A stretch of 64,000 bases of DNA from Octopus sinensis (GCF_006345805.1 NC_042997.1:148118001-148182000); one strand, 5' to 3'. Shown: positions 11,761 to 26,685, counted from the first letter of the stretch. Numbers and translations: made by a program. The notes: generated from the sequence alone by a model not told the origin.

Positions 11761-14700
11761 GACTTCTAATTAATTCTTATTTTATTATAGATGGATAGTT
11801 TTCTACGTGAATGTGCAAATATATATAATAAATGCCAATGTTTAGGCAAGTATGCCTAAACACACGCATACAAAAATTGCTCATATTAATCCTTTAGAAA
11901 GTGCCTATGACATAAAATATAGTAATCACCGTCTGTCGACGTTGTAATTACTGACGTAATTTCTTCAAAAAATATTAATACTTGTTCTCACATAAGATTT
12001 GAAAACCACGTGCAGCTATATCTATGCAATCTGTGCAAATTAGGAAATATCATACTGACATACATTTTGACATACTGTCACTACATGTGACAGAGACTTT
12101 TTAGTAAAGTATTTATCAGCCTATTACAATACTATACTGATGTTTATTTCATTCATTTAATACTTTTATATGAATATATAATTAGAAATATATTAATTTA
12201 CATTATGTTTATCAGGGAATCCATCAAATTTTGTTCGTGTTGTACTTGAAAAGCAGGTACCACAAAATGGTCTATAGATCCGAATGTAGAAAATCTGAGT
12301 AGTTTTTAAACCGAATTGTTTAAAACAATTGGTTTGGTCTGACTGACTGATGGAAACTTCATTTACTGATAGAAACAGCCGGCACCACTCCAGCCAACAC
12401 TACTGTTGGTAGAAAATATTTATAATGTGACCTTGTATTTCTTCAAAGCAATAAGCATATAACCTGACAGTTTTCTTAGGCTACGAATTAGTAAACATTT
12501 TATAAGGCTGTTGCAAGATTCGGTTAGATTCAAGAATATCATAACCTAACAATTTTCTAATTATAATTTACACGTTTAGAGACTTCAAAAGGCATTCTTG
12601 ATAAATTCATAACAATAAGTGTATATGTTTATTAGAAAACGGAAGAAGATACTTTGTCTTTGTTTTGGACAAAAATCGGACTGTAAATTAATATCAAATA
12701 CTACCAGCATTCTGAGAGACATTAAAGCCAGTATCTCTTTTCTTTTGAGTTTTGATTTACATCGCCCAGCAAATTAGAGTTGGCAATTTTAATTGGTGTC
12801 GCAAACCAACATATGAGACAATTCTTGAATTCTAAGCTCTGACGATCCAGTCATTCTTTTTCTTTTGATCCAAAGCTATGGACAATTCGGGTACTTATCA
12901 TTAAAAGTAAACTACCATCCACCAAAGTTATTTCTCATGAGAGATAGTAAGCGGAGGCTGTTTGGAAGCACGTCGGAGGAACCATTCTGGTCTTGAGTGG
13001 AAGACTTAACCTGTGGCCCATTCAGTAATTCCATGAGCTTTTAGCAGTCTTCATTGTGTGCCAAGCATTCTGGCCGGTAGTCAAGTCAGAGGTTAATTCA
13101 CCCACACAACACAAATGCCCTAAAAATGGCTATGGTCTCTGTCTTTCCGGATCTGAGTAAGTCATTAACAAGCACATACACTTACATACCTATATACATA
13201 CATGTTTATAAATATATGCGTAAATAATTACATACAATTCGTCGAATTACCTCATGATAGGAACAAAATTCAACAATTTGAAAGACATCAAGCTGCTTTT
13301 TATAGACAAAAACAGAATTATAGAAAAGGTAAGAAATGGTATTATTCGTCAAAATACTAATTAGAATTATACAAAATTACCTCATACTAATATGTTTTTT
13401 ATACATAATATATACTTCATTATTTTCAATTAGAGATATGCATTTTTTCGCTACATGTAGGAATCTTTTATAACAGGAAAGAAAATAACCTAGCGAATTC
13501 ATATACTGAAGTTATGTTGGAAAAATGTCGATTTTCTATATGTCACGGGTAAATGCCAGAATGACATAGCAACATGTTTTCATATAGATTCATTGTAAAT
13601 ACGCAGTTATTTAACATGTAAACTTACGACATTGAATATAATTTATGTACACAGTTTATCAAAACGCGAAACAAAAACATCGAAATAAACATAAAAAACG
13701 ATCAATATTTTTTACGTTAGCTTCCTTTCCACACAGCTCTCCTTCAAGTGACTCGAAAAGCATTATTCCTTTTGCGTTCATTTTCATAGTAAAATCATTG
13801 AGGTATTAACTGTCTCTAAGATCAATGCCTGGGCATATTTTTACGAAAATGATATATTTGTATTCTTTTCACATCTACTGATGTTCAACAATAATTTAGA
13901 ATTCAAGCTCAACGGGACAATGGAACATGAAATTCATATAACAACTCAGAGAAAGCGTGAAATTGCTGCTACAAATGATGTAAGAGATAGACGTGTGAAG
14001 TTTCAGTGTATTATTACTTTCACTACAAGAAAGTCGTACGGATGTAAACTGGTTCGTTTGCATAGACGTTAATATGCATGACGATAATTTCTATATCTCT
14101 TCCTTTCATTAATGGATGTGCTTATGCATGAATGTATGTATGCTTGTATGTATGTATATATGTATGTATGTATGCATGTATGTATGTATATATGTATGTA
14201 TATACGTATGTATGTATCTATTTATCTATCTACCTATCTTTCTCCTCTGTACGTTTGCCAATCTGTCTGCCTCTCTCTCTCTCTCTCTCTTATATATTTA
14301 TATATATATATACATATTTGCATAATACACACACATATGTATGCGCGTGTGTGTCTATGTATATATATATATACATTTGCGCGCACTCATACACATATAT
14401 ACATATATAAATATATATATATATATATATATGTGTATATATATATATGTATATATATGTGTGTGTGCATATGTGTATGGTCATTTATACTCACGCAGGT
14501 ACAGAGAACCATGTACATACATTCGCATACACATAAACACGTACGCATGCATATACACACATATCTGTTCAATTGGTATTTCGCAAGTAATAGCATCATT
14601 GGTTAAGTATTAGCTGTAATTACGACAGCAGGATCCACAAAGAACGTCTGAGCAAATCGTCGGTACTACCATTAGAAAATAACTGTGTTGCTTAATTTTG

Positions 14701-14947
14701 TGGGGGCAAATTTATATCTTCCTTCGATATATATCGGTTGCAGTAGAATACATTTCATACATAGGAAATACATAGACGTATATCGTAAGAGGAATATTCA
14801 TCAGAAAAGAACCCCCTTATTCTTTGGTTAATAGTACGAGTCACCCACCTTTCAAAGAACTTGAGAAGGTCAGATTCGCATACGAAACTGGCTTGCCAGA
14901 GCGGAAATATACCTCGTAACCAAAAATAATTTTGGTGACCTAGCAAA

Positions 14948-14993
<46 letters not shown>

Positions 14994-14999
<6 letters not shown>

Positions 15000-15190
15000 A
15001 AAATAGCATTCAGCCAACTCATAGATACTTGCGCCAACAACAAAACACCAAACTTCAGGATTTTCCCCCTCTACCAATTCAGGGACGATACAACCTCGAG
15101 ACAACGAATAAGTAAAGAAACTCTCTTTATTACAAAATACAGGCCACTTCTTAACGGGTCTACGACAAACGATATATACACCTCAGCTTT
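14994..15190 (+). pseudogene. C-terminal GIY-YIG fragment of a Penelope-like element
   Basis: FRIFPLYQF...RQRISKETLFITKYRPLLN matches the R..KE..FI.K.KP.LN terminus pattern of PLE endonucleases. Confidence 0.55.
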
Positions 15191-15424
15191 AGAATAACAC
15201 AAATACACACGCAAATATTACATTCCAAAGAATCCATTACAGATCAGCCCCAATCACAGCTATAACCCATAACGTGCCAACTTTAAGTCATACACCTCAC
15301 TACTTCTACTCATTGATATTCTCCCTTCTCTTCTTCTTCCTCTTTTTCATTATCATTATCATCATCATCGTCATCATCATCACCATCATGATCACCATCA
15401 TCATCATCATCATCATCTTCTTCT

Positions 15425-15456
<32 letters not shown>

Positions 15457-15649
15457 TTCTGCTCCACCTTCTACTTCTTAATTTTATCACTAATGCTTTT
15501 TAGTATAACACCTACGCAAATTCTATAAACAAACCTTTCAATAGAAATATTCTCATGAATTGAACTGCAACTGCTAGCCACCACTGACCATTCAAAATAC
15601 GACAATCAAGACACTCCCAAATTTTCCCACCCCTCCTCTTAATCATCCT

Positions 15650-15741
15650 TCTTCTTCTTCTTCTTCTTCTTCTTCTTCTTCTTCTTCTTCTTCTTCTTCT
15701 TCTTCTTCTTCTTCTTCTTCTTCTTCTTCTTCTTCTTCTTC
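15650..15741. repeat. (TTC)n microsatellite
   Basis: Direct inspection. Confidence 0.95.
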
Positions 15742-15904
15742 TACCCTACCAAGAATTCACAACGACCTCGAACCCACGAGTGTAAACAAGAGAGACAGAG
15801 AAAGGCAGTAACAAGGAAAATGCCACTTATATTTGAACACTATACAAATATTCCTTTAAAAAAACTTTTCTTTTAATTTTTCTAAATTTAATTATTTAAT
15901 CGTT

Positions 15905-16069
15905 ACAGTTGAAAAGGTCTCAAAATAACCGAAACCGGTACTGAAATGTTCTTTATAAAATTATTTTAGCATTTTCTATCTTGACTTGTTTTTTCATATA
16001 TATCAACTCGTGTGTTCCTTTCACCCTTATACATACATACATACATACATACATACATACATACATACA

Positions 16070-16103
<34 letters not shown>

Positions 16104-16800
16104 GATATATATATATACACATTGCGTGTAGAAAGTTGAAATGTAACACACGAGTTGATATGTATAAAGAAAGTTAGACAAGTTAGAAAATGCTAAAATA
16201 ATTTTATCCCGAAGAACATTTTAATACCAGTTCCAGTCTTTGCGACTATTTCAACTTTGAGTAAAACGTGAAAAGCAATGAAACTGTGGAAATATTAAAT
16301 GAAATGTGTTTTAAAATATTTCCAGAGTTTTCAAATACGTGGGACATTTTTTTCTGTCTTTCTCTCTTTTACTTTTGTGAAGGCTCAGTAGGTAGGTAGT
16401 TGCAGATCTTTTCTCCACCCATGGTGAGAGGAAAGAAAAGAATTTAGAAAATAGTACGTCGTAGTGAGGGAAAATGAACGCTAGCATTTCTAAAGTTATT
16501 TAAAGATTTCTTCAGATCTGTTATTACCTAGCTACCTACCTACCAAGCCTTCACAAAAGTAACAGAGAGAGAGAGAGAGAGGTGTGTGTGTGAGGGAGAG
16601 CGAGAGTAAAAGTGAGACAGAGAAGGACAATCCCCACATATTTGAAAATCATGGAAATTTTTTTAATACATTTCATTTCACTTTTCAAAACAATATTTCT
16701 TTTTCATGCTTTACTCAAAGTTGAAAATGTCACAAAGACTGAAACCGATATTAAAATGTTCTTCAAGATAAAATAATTTTAGCATTTTCTGCTTTGTCCT
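15905..16800. repeat. Compound fold-back (three inverted segments around a TACA tract and a spacer)
   Basis: 15905-16024 is inverted relative to 16135-16260; 16170-16410 is inverted relative to 16510-16800 (e.g. GAAAATGCTAAAATAATTTTATC / GATAAAATAATTTTAGCATTTTC). Confidence 0.7.
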
Positions 16801-16807
16801 ATTTTCC

Positions 16808-16922
<115 letters not shown>

Positions 16923-16985
16923 TGTGTGTGTGCGTGCGTGTGTGTGTGTATATATATATGTATCTATATACAAATGTATACATAT

Positions 16986-17079
<94 letters not shown>

Positions 17080-18424
17080 TTCTAGGTTAAAGTAGTGAGG
17101 AAAGGCAAACAACTAGGCAATCTTTGACAGGGGTATTTGAATTAATATGATTTCATCTAAGTTCATTATTTCCAAAAGAGATTAGTTGTCCAATTTAATC
17201 CACTTAGATAGGGGATCCTTTGGGTAAGTCGATGACAAGAAAGGATGGTTAGGTAGTCCCCTATGGTGAGAGAAAAGAAAAGAATTGTCATGCAATACTT
17301 CGTAGTGAGGGAAAGTAAGATCTTTGTTTTAGATATAAACTATTCAGCATACTGAGGGGTATTCAGTCCAGAGAAATTTTGGGGGGGAATAAATAATAGG
17401 TAGATGGGTAGAAAAGGATAAGAGTATTGTTGTAGATATACAGTAATGAGTATAGTGTGAGATATGTTTGTCTGTGGAAATTAGAGGGAGGGAATGCAGA
17501 GCATGGAAAAAGGCAAATTTAAAGGACAGATAAAGGAAAAAATAACACAAAGCTAGTGCCAGACTTACAAGGCTGGGTATCAATGAGAGGATAAGTGTAA
17601 TTAATAAAGTGGACGTAAAATGATAATAAACATCGTCTGTAGTGGGAGGTCAAATTTTCTGGAGAGAAGACATACGGTTGTCTAACCACTAAAAACACTA
17701 GAAATAGATCGCAACTGGTAAACAAAAGATTTAAGATTTGCGGTATAAAAACAAAAATTAAGACACATTGCTATAAAAATATAAATAAACAAAAGATAAA
17801 AATAAAAGTAATTAAAAAGTGATTCACTTAAAATTAAAAATAAAGTTAATATCTAAAATTAAAATTACGATTAAATTTTAAAAGTGGACGTAAAAAGATA
17901 ATAGACATCATCTGTAGTGGGTGGTCGAATTTTTCTAGAGAGGTTGTCCAAATACGGTTGTCCAAATTAGATGTTAGTATTAATCAGAAATGGAAAACTT
18001 TTAAGGACATCAAAAATTTGTGCACACAAGTGGAGAATGGTTCATGTTGCATATTAAGTAACTGTGTAGGCGTATGTAACAATATGTGCAAGGATTCTTT
18101 TAGGCATGCCCAACAAGAATTATGCTGGTCCTGGTATGGGAGGCAGGAATCAAGTAAAGACCAGGATATATTTAATAAATTTTCTTTTTCTTACATGCAT
18201 ACATATATACATACATGCATGCATATATATATATGTTTAAGTAGTTGAATGAATTATCCTGGTACGGATAATTCGGTTAACCGATACCCGGGTAGTAAAT
18301 TTACGTCAGAAAGCACGGTTGAAGCTACATGCCAAGGGCAGAAATCACATGCTTTCGTGTGGACATTTGTGTGTTTTTTTACTATAGATAAATGAAAGAA
18401 TGGAGTCGAACGACGATTTAACAA

Positions 18425-18528
18425 AATTCCTTTATTCTCGACACATGTTTCGAAGACTGCATATTCTTAATTTCGAAGGAATAAAGGGTTCACTATGCCG
18501 TCTTCTCATCAGGAAAGACAAGGAACTT
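18425..18528 (-). ncRNA. Type I hammerhead ribozyme (left arm)
   Basis: Minus strand: CTTTC-CTGATGA(18512-18506)-GAAGAC...GTCTTC-GAAA-C ATGT G-TC-GAGAAT; GUC at 18442-18440. Confidence 0.8.
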
Positions 18529-18590
18529 ATGTCAGCATCATGACAAACAAAAACTTTTTTAAAAGTCTTTGTTCGTCATGATGCTGACAT

Positions 18591-18695
18591 AAGTTCCTTG
18601 TCTTTCCTGATGAGAAGACGGCATAGTGAACCCTTTATTCCTTCGGAATTAAGAATATGCAGACTTCGAAACATGTGTCGAGGATAAAGGAATTT
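18591..18695 (+). ncRNA. Type I hammerhead ribozyme (right arm)
   Basis: CTGATGA 18607-18613; stem II GAAG/CTTC plus GCATA/TATGC (54 nt); GAAA 18668-18671; C-ATGT-G; GUC with predicted cut after 18679; bulged stem I. Confidence 0.75.
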
Positions 18696-18727
18696 TGTTA
18701 AATCGTCGTTCGACTCCATTCTTTCAT

Positions 18728-18799
<72 letters not shown>

Positions 18800-18807
18800 A
18801 TATATAT

Positions 18808-18851
<44 letters not shown>

Positions 18852-21069
18852 TATATATGTGCGTGTGTGTGAGTCTGCGTCGTGATCAATTAAAATAATA
18901 TACATAAATATATATATATGGATGCATATATTCATACAGGACGTCACCAACGATGCAAATAACATGAAATATGTAAACAAACGAGTTAAATACCTAAACA
19001 ACGAGAAGAAATGGAAAACAGGACAAGTAAACATAGAGAAATGAGTCTTGAAAGACAGTTGCTCCCATAAATTCTAAAATAAACTTTAGGAATTTTGAGG
19101 TTCAATGTTGGGAACAAAAACATAACAGTGGAGACATACAAGGAAACCGAACGATAACAAACATGAAAGGTCGTTAGACCAGAATGAGATGAAAATAGTG
19201 AACGTTGGGAGAAACCTTATTTTTTTTTGAAAAAAGAAAAGCTAGATGAAAGAGAAAAAACACGTCCGTTCTTTTGAACGTCCATGCAGGAACAGAAAGA
19301 TGGTCATGCGAGGAAAAGAGAGATGGACGGTGGTCACGTGTGAGCATCGACAGAGAGAGAAAAAGAGAGAAAGATGGATAGTAAACAGTGAAGGAGGGAG
19401 GGGAGAAAAAAGGAATTAGAGAAGGTTTGAAGAAAACATTATAGAATAGAGAGACGCATCAAAAAGATAAACTTACTTGCAAATGGATGCGTCGCATTCT
19501 ATTATAACCATAAACAATATATATATATGTGTGTGTGTGTGTGTATGTGTGTGTGTGTATGTGTGTGTGTGTGTGTGGGTATGTGTTTGCATATATGGGT
19601 ACAGGACGTCACTAACGGGGGAAGTAACATGAAATACGTACACAGCGAGAAAAAAATGGAAAAGTGGTTACATAATCTCAGAGAAAGGACCTCCCCTCCC
19701 CCTCCCACTCCTTCTCCTCATTTCTCTTCTTATTTATCTTCTTCGTGTTCTTTTCGTTATTATTATTTAACCAGCATTATCATATATCCGATAGCTAAAT
19801 GTTTTGTTTATCTGAATTTACTGATTTTTGTATGAGTGATATATCTAGGAGAGGAAATTCTGCTTTATTCAAATTGCATTATATTTCAATTCAGAAAAAT
19901 GCCTTGGTTTCCTCTTACGACAAAGCGGTTAAAGTGATAGATGAGTTAATCTTGTATAAGTAATTATTTAATAATATTACTATGGTATTATAGAAGGATA
20001 CATAATCTCAGTTACAAACTGTAGATTTATCTTGGGAAATCTATAGTCGATAATTAAATCTAATGTATTAAATCTAATACAAACATACAGAGAGATATAC
20101 ACACGCACGCACACACGCAGACTCATATATGTATTAAACGTAAAAGGATCAAAATATATAAAACGGGAAAATGGTGTAATACAGCTCATAATGTGTCTAC
20201 CTAGGTTCTGTCGCAGCATCATTGCCTTAGTTTCGTTGGTGCACAATTACGACCAGTGACGTCAGGAATACTTATAACATAGAATACAGAGGTGACGACA
20301 AGATAGTATAATACATAGTAGAGTCTGAGTGACTAGAACTAGTTAATCACCACAATCTTGAAAAATGTGGTTAAAGCTTATTTACTGAGTAAAAAAGAAA
20401 TAAACTGACAGATCAAAGGAGGAACAGTAAGAAGTTCTGGTTCCCCTCTTACCTGTCTGAGAATGGTAAAAAGCTGAATAGAAACGAAACGAAACACGGA
20501 TTACCAATACAATGTTTTTTTAATCATATACCCAGTGTCATACGAATTTTCATCCTCATATAGTACCCCATGATCCTTTATATAATCGCTGTTCTCCTAA
20601 TAATCTATTTGCCTTGATGGATGTTTATGATTACGATTGTCCCTGTAATTTTTCGATTTTTCTTCTTGAGATCGCACCCGGATTTCTAACCCACTAGCCA
20701 AAACTTGAAATCCAGTATCTCGCCTAGGACGAAGAAACAAAGAGGAATGTTGGATAAAGGAAGGTAATCTGCATCCATCCACCCTTCCACCTCAACATCC
20801 GATGTAGACTACCAAAATTACTATTTGTTGCATTAGAAAAGTACTTGCCAAATCTTTTAAACATAGGAAGATTTTAAAACCCCACTCCATTAAGCTTTCA
20901 TACTCTACTACCTATAACATATCCCATGTTATACGTATGATTTATAAAACTACTAAAAGGTCCACCCATTGTTAAGGCTAACAATACCCGTATGAATTAT
21001 TATAGCATATATAAAAATCCGGAACACTCTCGTCGAAACGAGTGACCGAATGTTAATAAAGCCGCTAAC

Positions 21070-22590
21070 AAAAAGTCAACCATTTGTTATTCATGGATGG
21101 ATGACCTAAAACTTTATGGTAAAGATGAAACCTAAGTCTGTTCCCTCGTTGATACTGTGCTGCTTCAATGCTGATATCAGAATGGGGATCGGACTGAGAA
21201 AGTGTGGTGTGTTAGTATTAAAGAGAGGCAAAATCAAATGTATGGACGGGCAAACGATACTGTCAGGGGAGGTTATGAAGCAGATTGAAGAGACGGGCTA
21301 TAAATACTTGGGGATTTGGGAAATGGAGAAATTGATGGAGAAAGAAATGACAGGAAAATTTAACGTGGAGTACTTGCGCAGACTCAGACTGAACCTTAAG
21401 TCGAAATTAAACGGGCAGAATGAGATTGAAGCTATCAACACCTGGGCGATTTTACTCCTTAGATATGGAGCATAGGTAATCGCATGGGCATTAGACGAAC
21501 TAAACAGCTTAGACAGAAAGACAGGGAAGTTGCTAACTAGATATGGGGCACTCCACCCAAAAATTGACAAAGACAGACTGTATGTACCAAGAAAAAGAGA
21601 GGAGGGAAGAGGACTGACTGGATGGGAACACAGCATTAGAACAGATGAAATAAACATAGAACCGCTATTATTAGAAGAAGGTCAGGCTTGTGTAGGATGA
21701 AAGATTGCAAAGGCAAAGCACTGTACAAGAAATTGAAAACGAATGAAACTGAAAATTGGTGGGTAAAGAAACGAACGCATGGTCAATTTCATAGGGATGT
21801 TGAAGATAAGACAGACAGAGAAAAAAGAAGGCTGTGAATGACTAAAAGTGAATTACAACCGCATACGAGTGCTCTAAACTATGCTGCCAAAGAGCAAGCA
21901 CTAAAAATAAACTACAAAAAGTACACTTATATAGACAACAAAGCAGAAAGTGATAAGTGCAGAATCTGTGGACAATATGGTGAAACTGCATGGCATATTA
22001 CCAGCCTATGTACGCCACAAGCCCAGAAGGAATATAAGAGACGCCATGACAAAATAGCCAGGCTTCACAGAGCAAAACATTTGTACGACCACAAACCCAA
22101 AGGCATCGTCGAAAATAACAATGCAAAGATCCTTTGGGATTTTATGATTCAATGCGACGATGAGTTATAGAATAGGAAGCCAGGCATTGTCTTAACTGAA
22201 AAGGAAAGCAAACTACTATGCTAGATCATAAATATAGCATACCAGCTGAAAACAAGGTATGCGATAAGGAAGAAAGAAAAGTCGAGAGATATGACAGGTT
22301 AGCATGGGAAGTTAAGCAGTTGTGGTCGATGAAAAAGGTAGCAGTAGTACCAATAATTGTCGGAGTCCTTGGAACAGTGAGCAAAAATCTCGAGAAGTAC
22401 GTAGAGGCTGCCATAAGAGTGGAGCCCTTGCAGAAAAACAGCAGTGCTTGGAACTGCTCGAATACTCCGGATGGCGCTCGAAAAATAAGAGGTGTTACTT
22501 TAGTTCACTGGTAGTGAACAGCTGACATTGTAGTACATCTCCAGTGTTAGAAGCTGTGCAAAGGCAATAAATAATATTAATAATAATAAA
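21070..22590 (+). mobile_element. 5'-truncated, decayed R4/Dong-like non-LTR retrotransposon (RT C-terminus, zinc knuckle, restriction-like endonuclease) with (TAA)n-like tail
   Basis: LLFMDDLKLYG-like motif, GYKYLGI, EYLRRLRL.LKSKLNG.N.IEAINTWA, LHPK.D.DRLY, CRICGQYGETAWHITSLC, YKRRHDKIA, KILWDF.IQCD, VVPIIVGVLG; frameshifts and stops. Confidence 0.85.
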
Positions 22591-24186
22591 AATCGCTCAA
22601 CGGGAGATATTCAGTAACAGTACTCTGAAATAGAGATTATTTGTCAGCATCATATGACAGCACTTGGTGGGACAAATGTTACTGTTATTTTGCCTCAGAA
22701 AACATAGTCTGCATGCGACTATACGACACACTGTCTGTATGACTTATATTTTCGAACAGGGAAGTTTAGTATCCTCACTCAGCACAAGGCAATATCTGTG
22801 GACCGCGGTTTCTGAGTTATTTCTCTTATACACAAACTCATTTCGTTTTGCATGTATACATATATGCATATTTTGTATTTGACGTATGTAATACTGTATA
22901 TTTAATATATTTGATGTTACAGTTTTGCTTATCCCCTTGATTACCTCTATACCCGCTCACCCTGATCTCTTCTATAACTTTTCTTTGCCTTGAGGAATGA
23001 ACCCCTGCAAAGACATCGGAATCTCAGTTTGAATCTTTTGAGCACTACAGATATGCCCTGCATGCATATGTCTGTAGAGTCACTTTTGTTTTGAGGATGA
23101 ATCTGTGTGTGTGTGTTTGCATACACACGTATCCTACATGCCCCATGAACTTTGAATTTTCTTGTTTTTCGTTTCACCTATCTTTTCCCTTCACTCTTTT
23201 CTTTTCCATGATATAACTTTATTAATCACTTTAGCTTTCCAAAGTATTGAACATCCCATTCTTTTGTACCACGGTTCCCTCGCATCGACGACGGAGCTTA
23301 AGAATCTCCTATATCCGGATGGTAAATTTGAGTATGTAGCGAGCGAAATTAAATGAGACCCTTATCTCTCTAATATAATTTGCGTGCTTAGCATACCTAG
23401 TATCTTTACCATTTCTATTCCCTGCTCCCTTTTCTTTATTCTTAAAATGTATACTTCTCACCGTGCCCATTTTTCAAATATATTTTGCATTATTTACTAC
23501 AACAGATAATTTCAACCGAATGGCTTCACAATAAAGGACACCGTATAGCTAAGAAATATTCATACCTAACAATAGAAGATAACGGATAGTTATGAAACGT
23601 TCATAATAATACGTAATAGACATCCAGTGCCTCTTTGAAACAGCTGTAGTACACGCCTACTTCTTCCAATCTTTTTATTTACAGAGTTGGTTATCGCATA
23701 ATAAGAAGCATTTGTTTCATTCGAACTGGAATTGCAAAGCATACATCGTATAGCAATTTTCTGACTCTTCTCGTTATGGGACACGCATAGATTAATAAAA
23801 ATAATCCATCTATCATCAAGTTATTTATATTTTATATACAATCCTTGTTTATACTAAAGACTGAGAAACTGCTTATGTTTAGATCACTTGACTGATCCTA
23901 CTACATAATTACATACACACACACACACACACACACACCTACATACGCATTTGTATAAAACTTAATTATATATCACTGAAAATTTACGTCAACTGAATCG
24001 AGACAGAGTTTTTTCTTTGTCAACAACAAAAGTAGCAATGCTCCAAATTTTACAAATGCTGAGATTGGTTTCTTTTTTCGAATTGTAAATACCCGATGAA
24101 ACAATTACACAAACATGCCCCATATAAACATTTATATGCACAAAAATACACACCTTCACACCTGCAAACGCACATCTTCATATATA

Positions 24187-24240
<54 letters not shown>

Positions 24241-24280
24241 TAATATATATATATTTAGGATCCAATTTTATATAAATATT

Positions 24281-24409
24281 ATAAATATTATTTGAGACAA
24301 ACCACTATTTTGCAAAACAAACAAGGAAAGACTTAATCATACATTTATTAAATTTTATGTATTGATTGTTTGTTTTGCAAAATAGTGGTTTTGTCTCAAT
24401 AATATTTTA
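24281..24409. repeat. 44-bp-arm inverted repeat (hairpin/MITE-like)
   Basis: GAGACAAACCACTATTTTGCAAAACAAACAA / TTGTTTGTTTTGCAAAATAGTGGTTTTGTCTC. Confidence 0.85.
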
Positions 24410-24447
24410 TATATAAACATATATATATATGTGTGTGTGTATGTAGA

Positions 24448-24491
<44 letters not shown>

Positions 24492-24512
24492 TATATATAT
24501 ATATGTATATAC

Positions 24513-24569
<57 letters not shown>

Positions 24570-24735
24570 TATATATATATGTATATACAGATATAGCTAC
24601 ATGCATATATATTATATATATGTGTGTATGTATATTTATATAATATTTATGAATTTTTATATATAACATTACTCTCTTTCTACCTCCCTCTTTCCCCCTC
24701 TTTCTCTATATATATATATTTACACCCACCCACAC

Positions 24736-24782
<47 letters not shown>

Positions 24783-25486
24783 CATACATATGCATATATT
24801 CGCATGCATGTGTATAAATATATTTATATATGCGTGCGCTAATATACGTCTTATGCAAATACATTTTAAACCATCAAATTCCCTTAAAAGACAACAGTGA
24901 GAGAAATAATTACAGTATTGATAAACTATATTTGGAATATTGGCAAGAAATGCGACATTTATTTCGTCATTATCTCCATTAACTTAGCGGTTGGAAATGA
25001 AAAAGAAAAAAAAAGCAAAGTCGAAATTATTACGAGCAAGAATCTAGTATTTTCCTGTGTCATGGCTATTCTTATCTCTGTAATAATATACCCCATCTTA
25101 CTTTTATTTAGAACAGGCATTGTATCCGCACTGCTATTAAAATCATTGTGATTACAACATGGATTCTAAATCTGAATAGTAATTTAAGACATTTAGAAAT
25201 GTTAAATAAAGAGTAATCTTTGAATGTGAGATTCTTTGATAAACTATTCTAATTTAGGCTATGAATAAGCAGTAATGCTGCCTTTTTATGGTCATTAATT
25301 TTAAATACAGATAATAATTCGGTTAAGTATCGATGTTATGTGGAATAAGTAACTACTGCAATAGCGAACGTTGCAAAATTAAAACAGCGATCTCTTATAG
25401 TTACATTGATTGTGTTTCGTTGCATACTTAGTTTAAATTTAAATTCCTTTACCTCAAATTTCACTCCGAAAATACCGATCGATATC

Positions 25487-25750
<264 letters not shown>

Positions 25751-25779
25751 GAAAAGTAATTATATGTATGTATATACAT

Positions 25780-25872
<93 letters not shown>

Positions 25873-25988
25873 TATATGCATTTGCTCTTTACATACATGT
25901 ATGTGTGCGTGTGTGTGCGTGTATGTGTGTGTGCGTGTATGTGCGTGTGAGTGTATGTGCGTGGCTATACCTTATTCATATCGTCTTT

Positions 25989-26200
25989 AAGGCGGCTAAC
26001 TGGCGGGATCGTTAGCCTGCCGGGCGAAATGCTTTGCTGTATTCCGTCTATGTTCTGATATCAAATTCTGCTGTGGTCGACTTTGCCTTTGATCCTTTCG
26101 GAATCGATTAAATAAATACCAATTACACAGTGGGTTCGATGTAATCGACTTACCCGCTTCCCTAAATTCCAGGCCCTGTGACGGTAATAGAAAGGATTAT
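25989..26200 (+). mobile_element. SINE family A (tRNA-derived head)
   Basis: AAGGCGGC...CGTTAGCCTGCCGGGCGAAATGCT...GTCGACTTTGCCTTTGATCCTTTCGG; homologues at 32090, 36440 and 48625. Confidence 0.75.
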
Positions 26201-26424
26201 TTTATCGTCATTAATGGCAGAAATCCAAATAGATAGGACAAGTTGTAATTAATAGCTTGCAGAATATTGCTTTAAAACCGAAGCACCCCACAGACGAAAA
26301 GTATCGAAGAGTGCAGTTGATGGCAGCTTTTAGGTAGGCATAATTTTTTCCCCATCCAAGTGGAATTGTAATCTATTGTTTACACACATTTAATTGTAGC
26401 TTCCAATTCTTATGACGTAAATAG

Positions 26425-26512
<88 letters not shown>

Positions 26513-26568
26513 CGTATACGAAAATCTGTACGAATATATGTATATTATTATGTGTGTGTGTATTATAT

Positions 26569-26619
<51 letters not shown>

Positions 26620-26622
26620 TAG

Positions 26623-26685
<63 letters not shown>

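Larger units (their letters stand above)
18384..18734. repeat. 351-bp near-perfect palindrome carrying a hammerhead in each arm
   Basis: ATAGATAAATGAAAGAATGG...CCATTCTTTCATTTATCTAT; related to the 4331-4800 element (GAATGGAGTCGAACGACGATTTAACAAAATTCC vs GAAATGGAGCTGAACGAAGATTTTACAAAATTCC). Confidence 0.95.

Noticed and set aside
14770-14815. Minus-strand CTGATGA near a PLE fragment
   Set aside because: No GAAA downstream; at best a destroyed core.
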